From assembly GCA_051362555.1 (NCBI GenBank), contig CM120640.1:33189967-33253966 (forward strand): DNA of 64,000 nt. The letters are read 5' to 3'. The translations under genes and the position numbers were made by a program. The stretch comes from Lingula anatina. Taxonomy: Eukaryota; Animalia; Brachiopoda. Of this stretch, positions 48,101-61,063 are shown one piece after another. A model generated the notes under the pieces. The model was not told the DNA's origin. It saw nothing but the letters and a program-made list of their open reading frames with translations, and ran no database searches. The stretch's first letter is position 1, and each line of letters starts with the position of its first letter.

Positions 48101-51100
48101 CAGTTAGTTGATGGCAATTTAGTGAGTCTCCCCAGGGAGTTAGACTGATCCAGATGGATCGATCTAGGCATGGGAACCCAGTCTATGTGTCCTTAAATTT
48201 TAATTTAATTTGATATCTTTACAAGTTAAAATGCTGTCAATATTGATGAGTTCTTACCTGCTAATGAACAATAGGTTGAATGCACTTAACAATCAGAAAT
48301 GTCTTATTTATTTATTTCATTTCATTTCATTTTTTTTTTTTTTTTTTTTTCAAAAATTATATTGAAAATGGAATCATTTTATATTTTAGGTATGACAAAG
48401 ATAAAGATGTCCAAGGAAGACCAGGGTTCATCTGAATTTGTGGAAAAAAGAAGAGCTGCATTAGAAAGGTATGGGTATTACCAGATTTTAGGGTAATGCA
48501 ATTGGTCATATTTATTAGGCAACTTGTATTCTGTATTAAGCAGAGTTGTGATCTCGATAATTTTCTCTCAGTCGTCAGCTAAGCCAATATGTCAATGTTA
48601 ATAATAACTTTTGAACTGGGATGATAAACATGTTTATGTTATGAATGAATTCTTATCATTCCTTGTGTATAGATACCTGAATCGCACAGCAGCACACCCA
48701 GTATTGAGAATGGATCCTGATTTCCGAGAGTTTCTGGAGCTGAATGGGGACCTTCCCAAGGCCACTAATACATCAGCTCTGAGTGGGGCAGGAGTGATGA
48801 GGCTTTTTAATAAAGTTGGTGATGCCGTAGGAAAGATAACCTTTAAAATGGACGAGACTGATCAGGTGATTAGATCCGTTATCTTTGGTTAATATAGCTT
48901 TAATTGTGAGTCGTGAATGTTCCTGAAGTCGGTTGTATGTATATAAGGCTGGCCAGCGACTCTAGTAATGTGTTAGAATATGCTGAACATTTATACAATG
49001 TCACTCATACAGCCCTCTTGTTTATTATGATGCGACAATTATAATAGCAGGTTTTGCAGACATTTTCTTTTACCTTTTGCTTGAGTTGCTCAGACACTTG
49101 TTTGCAGCTTTTATGTTATGCTTTGTGTGGATCTTTTTTTTATGTAAAGGCAGTGTGCAGTGAAAGAAAAGTGTTAAAAATTGTGCTTTTGTTTGAAAAG
49201 TTGCTGATAGTTATTTTTCATATTGTTTTAGGTTCATTAACAATATTTCATGATATTGTGAGTCAGACTAACTAATTGAGGTTTATGCAGTATTTGTATG
49301 TACTTTTAAACAGTTTATTCTTAATCTTTTAAATATTACCCCAAAAAAGTGATTTCTGTAAGGGGACAGTTTATATTGTTGTGAAGGACATGTAAAGGTA
49401 AAGCTATACACACATCTAGATTTTATGGTTCTTCCCAAGTGATCAATGTAATGTGTTATGTATCATGATTTTGAAATTCATACTCTGTTACATAGCCTCA
49501 TTTTGAACTGCCCTGGTTTCTGAGTGCTTATCTTTGCCAACCTATCCTCCCATTTGAATGCTCTCAGACGGATTTTGATTTTCAGGTAATAGGATTGTAG
49601 CATGCTTTTTTCTATTCAATTTGGCAATGTCTTGCTGTCTCTTCAATTTCTTCAAGCTACATTACTGTAAAACCTGTTCAGACATGAATGTTTGTCTTGT
49701 CAACAGCAGTTAAAGTCCTTCTAGAACTTCATTTTCTATATCAATGTACTCTTCTCTTTTGGTAAAACTATCATGTTGTTTCTTTATGTTCTTTTGCCAG
49801 TAGGAACAGTTGGCATTGTTACAACTTTCCTATCCTCAACATAACTTGTTATGTATGAGTTTTCAGCATGAGTCAGTGTAAGTCCAGTTTCAGAATCAAA
49901 AATTTGATTTTGATTTTTTAATGACAAATAATATTGAGTATTCTTGTAGCTTTTGAACAAGATATTTATTTTTTGATATTTGTCTTACAAAACTTTTTTT
50001 TATCAAAAAGTTTTATAGTTTTCTTCTACAGGGCATTAGTCAGGCAACCATTCAGCTGTCTTTTGAATTCAATATTTCAATTTTGGAGAGCCATTCTATA
50101 GATTTATATTACAGGAGGATAGGGAGTCTCCACAGCCTCATTATGAGAATGAATTTATAGGAGTCCCTATTCCTAAACCCTGGCTAAACACATTTACAAA
50201 AATGTATTATTCTTTAAAGACTGTTTTCCAGACTATTATATTGCAAAAACAAAATTTATGTTGGTACATCTAATCAACTTGTAAAAATTCTGAAATGATG
50301 AGAATGATGGTTGCATGGTAGTTATAATGTAATCTTTTATTTTCCTCTTTGTCATTAGAATGTTAGAAAACGGTTTCCCTGTCTATATCTATGTGGTGCA
50401 GATGTTTTATTTTATAAAGTCATTTGTAAAGAGAAGAGCTGGAATAATAGAAAGGCATTTATTATTGAATAATAGGACAATATGGTAAAGAAACTTAAAG
50501 GTTTTTTAAAAGATGCTTTAAATGTGTTGTAAAAACTTATTTTCTGAATCAGATATTGCTTGCTTTTTATTGTTCTTCTTTCTTTGAGTTCTACATTGAT
50601 GTTGCACTTTCTACTTAGTATTTTTTACATAGCTGTTCAAGTTTGCCTGCTCATTGACGTCAATGTTTTCATAGCTTACAGACCCAGGTGTTATTATCAG
50701 GCTATCTGATTGAGTGTTTTTCTGGTATAGCACATTTTATGTAGGATGATTGATGTGACACTTTCAGGTTATGTAATATCTGATAAAATATGACGTGTTA
50801 TCTTATGTAACATGTGTGAACTACAGTGTATCTGGGAACACGTCAGCATTATGAGTACATTTATATTGTAGTTGAAATTGGGTGCCTTGAGGGATATATA
50901 TGTATATTCCTGTGTAAAATCATATCTGTATATATTATATATTCCATGCTATTTCCATGAACCCAATACATGTACTTACTGCATGAGTCACGCACTTTTG
51001 ATGTTTTAATTATTCAGTTGAGACAAATAAAAGATTCTTGACTAAGATAACATTTAACTGAAGATTATTTAGTATTTGCAACAATACAGCTGGGCAGCCT

Positions 51101-54100
51101 TTTGTATAGAGTACAAGCATAAATAGCTTGCCTTTTTTTCAGTGAACACTATATATAAACAAGTGAAACGAAATTTTAACTTACTGTTTTTGTGTTTTTA
51201 GTGGTTTGAAGAGAAACAGCAGCAAGTGGAGAGCTTGGACACCCATTTAAGAAAATTGCATGGAAGTGTAGAAGCTTTGGTAGTTCATAGAAAAGGTGAA
51301 GTCACACCTTCATTAGTTAAAATTTTAAAATAAAATATCAGTGAATTTTTACACTGTAGCGAATACTTTATAACTATATTAGTTTGGACTTTTTTTCAAA
51401 TGTGTATGTAGATTATAATGAAGGTTTTATGTGCACTAATCTTCCGGGAGAACATTTCATAAGAACTTTGGGTTTGAATAATACAGGGAGCTGGATGCAG
51501 CAGAATGTGAATAGTGGTGTTATGTGCTAGCAGGTTTGCCTGTACATTTCATATCGGAGAAGTTCAGCATGTACCAGAAAAACATCTTAATTTAGAGATA
51601 TACGACCTAAGAATCAATGATATTTTTCACCCACTAGATTTGTCACAGATGACTGGATCATTCGCCAAGAGTGCTGCCATGTTGGCTAATGCAGAAGAGC
51701 ACACGGCGTTGTCTCGTGCAATTTCCCAGCTGGCAGAGATTGAGGAAAAGATAGAGCAGTTGCATGAAGATCAGGCCGACACAGACTTCTATGTATTTGC
51801 TGAGCTTCTGAAAGACTACGTAACACTTATAGGAGCTGTCAAGGTGAGTAGCAGTTGTTTGGAACTTGGGTCGCCACATGCAGTTGCTTTTTTTTTTCTT
51901 TTTTTGACCATATACACTGTATGGAAAACTGTGTTAACGAAAATGACTTCATTTTACATGTGAGTTTTGGGTTAAATCCTGGGAGACGTCTTTTAGTTAG
52001 AACACCATGTAAACTTAGCAAGAAAGAGAACTACAAATGTTAGATCCAGTACTTTGACTTTTTGTATAATGACAGAAAAAACATCTTCAGCTAATTTGTT
52101 GAGATGGGCGGATAAAAAATATTATGCAATGTAATCATGAATGATTATATTTGTGTATGCAATTCACTTTGTTTTTAGCTGATGAAAGTTTCTGGAAAAG
52201 TAGATTGGACTGCTATTATGTTCAGTATTATCATGATGTATAGACGTGAGATATCAATGTAATCAATTTGATTGAGCCAATTAGATTTCAGTCAAATGAT
52301 ATTTTATCTATGGATACACATAGAATTACAGGGAAAAAGATAATGAATAAAAAATATGTCGATGTTTTTGAACATTCAAGACTTATTGAAAATGCTTTTA
52401 GCTCATCAACCAATATATTTAAGCATGCCTTTTTTCCAATTGATATGGAATATGTTTGGTATTTAAGCCCTTATTCTCTTATGATTTAATTGATCCCAGC
52501 ATGCAGTATAAGTTCAGATAAAGTTCATTTACACATCCTTTAACTGTGACCCCATTCTCATAGACACCATCGGTCTATGTAGATCAACTCTGGAGGGACT
52601 CTCGCTGAGTGCAGTCAGCTCAACATATAAAAATGCCTCCTCCTGGTGTTAAGAACAAGAAAAGCCAGTGATTACACGAGTACGTTGGAAACAAGAAGCA
52701 GCGTGTTATTCAGCTAAGTTGATTGGACTTGGTGAGAGTTCCCACAGTGTTTGATTGATCTACGTAGGTGGATGGTGTCTATGGGAATGGGGTCTAAGTC
52801 TCTATAGAATATATCAGTATCAAAATGTCAGTCTTAATAGATCATTAAATGGTGATATTGTTAAACCCGTTCAATGATTAGAGCATGGAATTTGACTTTT
52901 TGCATGTATGAGTATTATATGATGTCTTACATTGCAGTTTACTAACTGCTGCTCATTGATACAGACACACTCAAATCACACTGCTGTATAGTAATGTAGC
53001 ATTTATGAAGATATATGTTGGTAGTTTGAAGTGAGGCCCACCTCATGGGAATGCCAGTGAAATAATCACATTGAATGGAATAGCTTGGGAGCAAATAAAG
53101 CTACTAGCTCGTATGTAAATATATCATGAGACAGTTACTGCAGTTAATCCCAGTTTATTATATTTTGATGGCAGCTGTAGGTAGGGATCTGTAGGGAGGA
53201 TTTTAAACCTGATGATCTCCATATTTAGGTTTCCTGTTGTTGTTATCATCATTATACAAGTATATAAACAAGTTTACAGAATTTAGGAAATATCTAATAA
53301 ACTGTGTAAATGATTGAGGAAGGTTTTGTGGTATCTTCACCAATGGTAAACTAATAGTTTTATCATTAAATTTATATATTTGAATGTAGAAGGTAAGGTA
53401 TTAGATGTATATTGTTTCTGAGTTTCTCAGAGGATTGCATAGTTGACCATTAGGAAATTATTGATAAATAATTAATTCACACACTGTGATTGCAATATAT
53501 TGTAACCACCTTCAAAAGCTGTGCGCTCATTTTTTTTTTTTTTTTCATTTATTTGGTTTATGACAACAATGATTCACTTTTTATTTTCATCAAATGATGA
53601 GTAGAAAGCTGAAGGCACCATTAAGCAATTTTGCCACCTGCACAACTTCAGTGTTGAGATAGAAAGTGAACATTGATGTGTGTTATGGGCATACATTTAT
53701 GCATAGCTTTGTGAAAAACTCCTGGCAATCAATTACAGCTGCCAGTATATGTCTAGCCACATGGGCTGGTAATGCATTATTTTCCCACTCTAATTTTAGT
53801 CCATAATGAAGCTTAGGTTCTACAATGTATTTACAATTGCAGCTAGGATCAGATAATGTGAATGTTAATCTATCGGTTTCATAAAGATGTAATGTATTTA
53901 CTCTAGGTAAACTTAATTTCCCTTTTTAATGGAATATTGAGTTATACATGCTTTTGATCAATTCAGGCAAATTCTGAGCGCTTGACAGATGAGCTGAAAT
54001 TGAATGAAAACAAAAGATGTCTTCATGTCAGAATTTGTAGAACCAAAGTTGGTGCTTTATATTCATTGCTTATTTTGTGCAGTAAGGTGTCCCTACAATA

Positions 54101-56651
54101 ATGAAGCCGTTCGACAAGATTTCCAGATAAGAAAGAAAAATAACATCATGGAAAATTGGTTTCTTGTATTAAGTATTATCAAAGAGAAATGAAGTAATAA
54201 ACTTTAGTCATGTACCCCATGGGTATTAGATGTTAGGCCATCTGATCAATGCAATATGGGGGAAAATTTCAATAATACATTCCCAGCATATTGGTTTTCA
54301 TGCTCAGTTGTCTGAAGATGTGATGGTTAGGTGTATACTGTCAAAAGCTGTCATCAGGATGTGAACACTTGACATAATGGCATTATATGCTTGGGCTGAT
54401 TCAGTCAGCTTGGGTGTCAACACAATGTCTTTGGCAGGTTTTTTTTTTTTTTTTTTTTCCCCCTGCATCTGTGGGACTCACTTTTCTAGTGAAAGATTTC
54501 TAGTCTGAATTGATATTCTGCAGCCTCCAAAAAATAACAAGATAAATATATTAATTAATAAAAATGAATAAGCACTAAGTCATTAATAGAGTGAGGTTTA
54601 TGTTGGATATCCTTAGTAAGTTGTAGTGACCATAACTAAAGATTTTATCTCTCAGTTTTGCTGAAGGAGATTGTCTACAGTCACCTCCCTTATGTTGATT
54701 CTGTTATTTAATACACAAGGTATATTTCGTAATTATAACATTATTGTTGTTATTACTGATATAATAGAAATTGATCGGTAAATATCAATAAAGTTAATTT
54801 TTTTTAATAAAATCGTTTAAGACACACCTTACTGTTTGCCATCAAAATAGAAGGGGGTCATTTGTTTAAATGCTGATTGCCTAATTGATTGTGCAAATAT
54901 GTAAAACAAAACTTTCAATTTTCTCAGAAGCTATGATTAAAAGATATTTTTATAGAATCCTGATGAAAAATGCATGAACAGCAGTTATACACGAAAACAG
55001 TTTAAAACATTTAAAATGACCAATTAGCCTTTAAGTTAATCGTACCACACAAAGTCAGTTAATAATACCCCACTGGGTTTTGTATTCTGGTGTTTGCTGG
55101 CAGTAGGATATAACACACTTCACTAATTAAAAGTATTCTCTGCAGATTAAGATTTCGTTTGGTTTGTGTCTTATTGATTTCAGCATGTTTGAAACGCCTT
55201 AAGTACACACAGACAGGAACATTTGGATTGTGTATTCCTGCCTGTTCACGGCTATTGGGTGTGTTTTAAATAGGCAGTTGGCAAGAAATGTATTTAAAGA
55301 AAAAATTTTCTTGCTGTGCAGGACAATATTTTCCTCGTTTTGACACTGTATTTGTTGTTGTCATTGCGGTCACTATAGTTTGTTTTCCTCTAGGTAGTTT
55401 GTAGTGCCATATTTGATCAATGTAAATATTTTGTTTTGGCAAAAACTTGTATATTTTAATAAATATTGAAGTGTAATGCTGAAACCTCTACAAAGTACAT
55501 AAACAGTACATTTAGAGTTTCTAATACAAGAAATGCATGACAAGTATAAATGTAAAGGACATGTTGATTAATTTTTTATTTACTAGATATGCTTGAACAG
55601 TGGTAGTTGAAAACTCTTGTAAAACTTTGTATGTTAATTGTTTGATGTCTTGCAATTGCCTGTCACAGTTTAAAATGTAATTTTCTTAATTTGTAATTGA
55701 TTGCCATTTCAGGATGTTTTTAACCAGAGAGTAAAGGTCTATAAAGCCTGGAAGGAGGCCGAATCAATGCTGAACAAAAAAAGAGAAGCCAAGGTGAAAC
55801 TGGAATTAGCCCACAAATCTGACAAAATTCCACAAGCTCAGTCAGAAATAGAGGAGGTTTGTTTGTATTTTGCCTAGCTTATTCTCTTAACTTTCATTCA
55901 TGATAATGTGAGTCATAGTCTCTGCAAATGATCTCATTACTAAATACTTTAAGTCTTGGTTTTTCTTATGATAGCATCAAGCATTTTTTCTCATGGTTAG
56001 GTGGCAAAGATGCAATACATGTTCATGCAGTTCAGCAATATTATTATTATTATTATTGTTGTTGTTTTACATAAGAAAATTTGTTCTTTTCTTGAAGTTT
56101 GACATATGTTATGTGAGCATCATGTTTCATTTCAGTGGGAGGGAAAAGTAGAAAAAGGTCAAGAGGACTTTGAAAAAATATCAGAAAATATCCGAAAGGA
56201 GGTGGCCCGCTTCGACAAAAAGAGAGTGCGAGATTTTAAGATAACTATAATCAACTATCTTGAAACTCTTATGAATAATCAGCAACAGGTTTGTTATTTT
56301 CCTATGAATAATCAGAAACAAAACTTTTTTTTTAATTCTAACCAGTAAAAGTTTAGAATAAGCATCTTCAAAAAAAAACAAAATTACTTGATACAAAGTT
56401 AAAGCTATTGATTCAAAGTTTGATGGAGAAATAATTGTGTATGATGACAGTATTCATTGATCAGTTATAAGCAAGATTTGTACACAACCTGATAATGTTC
56501 TTCTAAGCATTCTTTTTAATAAGATGAAACATTGTTGATGGGACAAATGTTAGTGAATCAATGAAAAGAGAAATTTGGAACTTTTTTCATTTTCTTTCAG
56601 CTGATCAAGTACTGGGAAACATTCCTTCCAGAAGCAAAGGCAATTGCTTGA
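43270..56651 (+). CDS. SNX2: Sorting nexin 1/2 family (PX + BAR), 12 coding exons (43270-43359, 44093-44180, 44560-44795, 47000-47110, 47707-47848, 48390-48468, 48673-48865, 51202-51295, 51638-51843, 55713-55856, 56136-56288, 56601-56651)
   Basis: MATREPPPF...DDLF N-terminus; PX domain ([42 protein letters not shown]); BAR domain ([25 protein letters not shown]); terminal [16 protein letters not shown]. Likely co-orthologue of vertebrate SNX1 and SNX2. Confidence 0.95.
45357..45549 (-). mobile_element. Harbinger-like MITE, same family as 32651-32864
   Basis: Reverse-complement match to the 32.7-kb copy; TAA on both flanks. Confidence 0.8.
46232..46413. mobile_element. hAT-like MITE
   Basis: Inverted ends CAGGGCTTGACA and TGTCAAGCTTTG; internal GGCCC/GGGCC motifs; TSD not clear. 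Confidence 0.55.
47936..48183. mobile_element. Harbinger-like MITE, same subfamily as 61064-61319
   Basis: GGACCATTCCCA...GATCGATCTATCTCC arms and ...GATCGATCTAGGCATGGGAACCCAGTC end. Confidence 0.8.
52548..52794. mobile_element. Harbinger-like MITE
   Basis: Inverted ends GACCCCATTCTCATAGACACCATC and GATGGTGTCTATGGGAATGGGGTC. Confidence 0.85.
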
Positions 56652-59600
56652 TAAAAGTAGGAATTGGAAAGAAAGACAAAAATAAACAGAGACTGATCTT
56701 TGTTTGACACTTGAAGAGACTTTTAAGTATCATTACTGTACATAACTATGAAATATTATTGGCACTGAAATCATGTCAATCTGCCGTTGTTATTTACCCA
56801 TCATTGAAAATGAATATATTTACCCATCAGAAGTCGTGAGATTTTGAACAAGTGTTTAAGGAATAAATTGCCAGTTAGGAAAACTCTTGCAAAGAGAAAA
56901 TATGTATGTTCATTCATGTATGAATCTTTAAGTAGATGCTGCACATTGAAATGTATAACAGTAGTTCAAACCTGAGACAAATTGAATGTAAATCTACTTT
57001 CCACTTTAAGTTGTATCGCTTAGCGTAGACATTGCTGCGGTTAACCTGATGAATGACTTAATGGTGGAGCTGATTGACTGTTCATCAAATTTATTATCAT
57101 TTGGTATAATTGAGCAAAGATGTAAGATATGATAAAGATATGAAAAAGTTATTTGTGTTTCAGTGTTGAAGTACCCATATTGCTGGCTTGTCCTCATATA
57201 TAAAGATGTTCTGTTTCATGTCTTTGTTAAGTTTTTGCCAGCTTGTTAAATGTGCCTTCACTGTTGTTTCTTTCTGTTTATAATTCTACTTTGAGTGAGA
57301 GCTTCATAAGTATGAAATATAAACGAAACAAAACAAAAGAATTTATAAATGAAAAAATTTGTTCGAGTTTCATTTGCAATAATTAAAAAAGAAGAGCAAA
57401 ATAAGACAACACAAGATAAGTTAGGAAAAAAACATTGGCTTTGTAGGTTTTGTTAAAGGTCTGAAAAGTGTCGAAATGGCTTTGTTAGTTATTTGCATAT
57501 AGTGTATATATACATCACGTTGCGGCACTCTCTAGGGCTGATGGCTCCGATTAACTTGAAATCAAAAGGAAGAAAACCCTATTAGAATAATGAAGTTATG
57601 GGCAATACCATTATATGGTTTTAGAGAGCTTCGGCTTCCGTCTTTACTTGAAATTGTTAAATCAAATTCGACATGCGCTTCGAAATAGATACCAAAGTCT
57701 AAAATCAATTCTTTCTCTTGCAAAACTTTAGAAACGACTATCTGATAATTTGCACATTTCTAAATTTAAAGCTTGCACAGCATGTCGTCCCAAGCAGTAT
57801 GAATCCCTATAGTTTTGACATATTAAAGGGGAACTTTGACTGTAATGGATTGAACCTCGCTTACAATGTGATCCGTGTTCCACTGGGGACTACTTGAAAA
57901 TATCGTGCCATTAGTGCGATTAATTTTAAGTCACAATATTGCCTGATGGAGCGTCCATATCAGACTGCCACTCCCAGCAGAACTCGCTACGGGATGCTCT
58001 CTTCAGGGAATTGCCGAATATGCAACTGGTTGCCCATATTACAGTAAAGATGTCGTGTGAGTAATTGGAAACCAATGTAATGGAATTTCTACATTGCTTT
58101 AATCTGAACAAAAATTTTCAGAAGAAAAAAACAATAAATCATAAAATGAACAAAAATGTTGATTAAGAACTACTAACCATAATCAATTGATAAAGAGTTA
58201 TCATCTTGCCCGATAATGGGTTGGTTACACCCGTGTTCTTGTGAACGTTGGAATTCTTCTGCAAAACCCAGCCTTATTATACTAGTACATCTGTACGTCT
58301 CTTATTATTTTACCATTTTAGGCTCGAAAACCTGGCGTGATTAGGTCTATAATTCATGTTTCTTGAGATGATCACTTCTAACAGTGTAGGCTAGATGCCA
58401 CGTCTGGAACTGAACAGAAAACGCTTGAGGCAAGAAAAATCCTTTTGATGTCCAAAATATCACAATCGTGATGGATTGATGCTTTTCAGTTCCTGGCTAA
58501 TATCTTGTATCTACCCTATACCAGATTTGGTACCTTTATCGTGTTGTATGTTTTCAGCCTCTTATCCTATCCCATCAATAAAAGCATCTATTCTATATCT
58601 GAATATAAAGCAACAAGCTCCAAAGCAGGTTAATTGTAGTTTTGTCTAGTTCAAAGAGAGTGCAATAATTTCATTTTCCGAGGCATTCAAATCTCGGCTG
58701 TTTAATTGACGTATGCATCAATTGTGAGTACATTTTGTTTAAACAGCCCGTTATATTACTTGCGGACTTGGCTCGTGAAATTCTCCTAGGAAATGAAAAT
58801 TTGTTTTGTTTCTTTAGGATTTTGCTTTTCCCTTCCTCCTTCACAATGACAGTGTACCTTTGTATTCAAATCCCCATCCGTAAAAAAAGAAGAATGACAC
58901 CGTCTGTTGTATGCATGTATAGATTTCAAATTGATCTTATTTCTAAAGCTACAATGACTGACTATACAATAAATACTTAAATTCCACCGAAACGATGAAA
59001 CACTACGATATGCAGGCATGTACATGTTAAAACAAATATGTGGAGTGTTATAAAACTCCGTGTCATAAACTCTATATTTAATTCTTTTTGTATTCTCCGA
59101 GATATTTTGATTGCGTTTTTTAATCTATATAATAAGCAATAAAGACAGACGTAAAGTAGCTTACTTGATCACATGTCGATAATATTTCAAAGTGAATGAG
59201 TTAAAATCTGACAACTGTGATACTCGGAAAGAAAAGAGTTCAGTCTTCATAACACCACATGTAATTCCCAACAAAAACAATTATATATCTTACAAAAGAC
59301 ATTTTTTAATAAAAAAAAGTTAATGTCTAAACTTCCCTTTTCCTCGATACTAAAAATATTAACTTTTCAAATACTTTATCTTACGTTGATTCTAACCTGG
59401 TCAATTCCCGTTTATCCCAGAAGACGTCAGACTACCGTTTGCAACGATCGTTTTCAAACTTCGACATTTGGCATGATACAATAGATATTACAATAGGGTA
59501 CATTGGTTTACTGTGTGCAAATGAGTTCATAATACTTGTTGCTACATCAATTTACTATTCAAGTTACAATAAAGCATGTCACAACCGCGTGGCCAATGAT

Positions 59601-59855
59601 ACACGTATATTAGACTTCGAAACATTGTCTGATTGACTCTAAATTCAGTACCACTGTATTCCCTTAATCGTGAGCCTGTGATGAGTCAAAACCTTAATTC
59701 ACACAAGCCGTAACCCCAGTAACTCTAGGATAATTTCATCAATTTAATAATAACCATATGCAAAAAAATATACATGATTTTGGGCGTGTGGCTTTCACAT
59801 GCTCAGTTTTGTTAACGGTAAAGTAAACGGATCAATAAACTAACAAGCTATTTGT

Positions 59856-60395
59856 TTAACGATAGTAAGATGGGCGCCTAAAGGCCCGACTTGTTCTGAA
59901 ACAAATGGAGCACCGTGAGTCGTAAAAGATTGCATATCTCCTTCTGTAACAATAATCGCACATCATGAATTCCACTGGAAAGCGTTTGGTAGGCTGTTCA
60001 AGGTGGTCTTCGTCCGAGACATCGCTTCTCTTATAGTAGGGGATGATGTTTTGGTTGAAAACACAACCTTGCCTGCACAGAGACGGGTTATCACTGGCTA
60101 GGCAAACTCTGAAGCAGTCCCGTCTAGAAATGTCCCTTTTATCGGGTTCGTCTTCTGTCGGTTCCAAATTGGTGTCCCAAACACGCTTTCCCGCGCTTTG
60201 AAAAGGTATTACCCCAACGCCTCTCTGGGAGCATCTGGTCCAGCAGCCCATGTCATGGCTTCTGTACATACATAAACGGCAATCAAAGTACGGGCGCATG
60301 AAGGCGTCTGTGGACAATGGTAAAACGCAAAGGACCATGGTGACCACGAGAAAGTGATGAGGATATTGGTTCAGTAATTGGCGTAATTGGTCCAT
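59856..60395 (-). CDS. Secreted prohormone/neuropeptide-like precursor with three 4-Cys peptides
   Basis: 179 aa. Hydrophobic signal peptide (FLVVTMVLCVLPLSTDA, likely cleavage after A31); processing sites GKR(69-71), KR(86-87), KR(122-123), KR(137-138); acidic spacers. A strong acceptor (polypyrimidine + CAG) at 60415 sits 19 nt before the ATG, so the CDS is in one exon. Confidence 0.85.
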   Translation of the reverse strand: MDQLRQLLNQYPHHFLVVTMVLCVLPLSTDAFMRPYFDCRLCMYRSHDMGCWTRCSQRGVGVIPFQSAGKRVWDTNLEPTEDEPDKRDISRRDCFRVCLASDNPSLCRQGCVFNQNIIPYYKRSDVSDEDHLEQPTKRFPVEFMMCDYCYRRRYAIFYDSRCSICFRTSRAFRRPSYYR

Positions 60396-60616
60396 ATTTG
60401 TACAGATGATGCACCTGTGGTAAATAAAGAAAAGAATTGGTTAGTTATTGTTAATGCTGAACGGTGGTATAAGTAAATATAACGGAGAAAAGTGACAATT
60501 GATGAGCAGTAGATATGTTTTATTTGGTAGAGCTGGAGCCTTTCAAGACATTTGCGTAAACTTTATGGTAGTAATTTATTGTTCGGGTCCTCTGCACTGT
60601 TACTGCATGTACACGC

Positions 60617-60621
<5 letters not shown>

Positions 60622-60656
<35 letters not shown>
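60622..60656. repeat. (CT)n microsatellite
   Basis: Uninterrupted CT dinucleotide run. Confidence 0.95.
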
Positions 60657-60658
<2 letters not shown>

Positions 60659-61055
60659 GGCCGGATTTTTGTGTAAACAGACTCAGTACATGCTTTGGGC
60701 ACCATGGCTGAGGGGGCACCAAACCGCCAGAGTACAAAATAGATGAGAAGGGGGTAGGTTTTTTAAAATTGAAAAAATGATATCTGAACTGTAGAGAAAA
60801 AGATCAAAAAGCAGAAGTAGGCCCCCATGTATGAGTGGTATACGACAATCGGATTTTTCCTGATTTTTAAGTGTAAAGCATGCTTGCCACAAGTTACTTG
60901 TTCTGGTATGGGGGAACCATGATGCTGAGAGTGTTTAGGGCACACCCTGAGCTTCAGAGTCATATTTGAAATAAATCTGTACACTATAGCATACCCTTGC
61001 CGTTTCAAGTTATCTCTCAAAAGAGAGGCCACCTCTAGACCTGAATCTGGCCCTC
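60656..61055. mobile_element. hAT-like MITE
   Basis: Inverted ends CAGGGCCGGATT and AATCTGGCCCTC; internal GGGCACC motifs. Confidence 0.6.
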
Positions 61056-61063
61056 TCGTATAA

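Noticed and set aside
57926-58260. Two exon-like minus-strand segments (58259-58178 and from ~58103)
   Set aside because: Splice-like signals exist, but joining them gives early stops in every frame and no recognisable protein. A non-coding transcript cannot be excluded.
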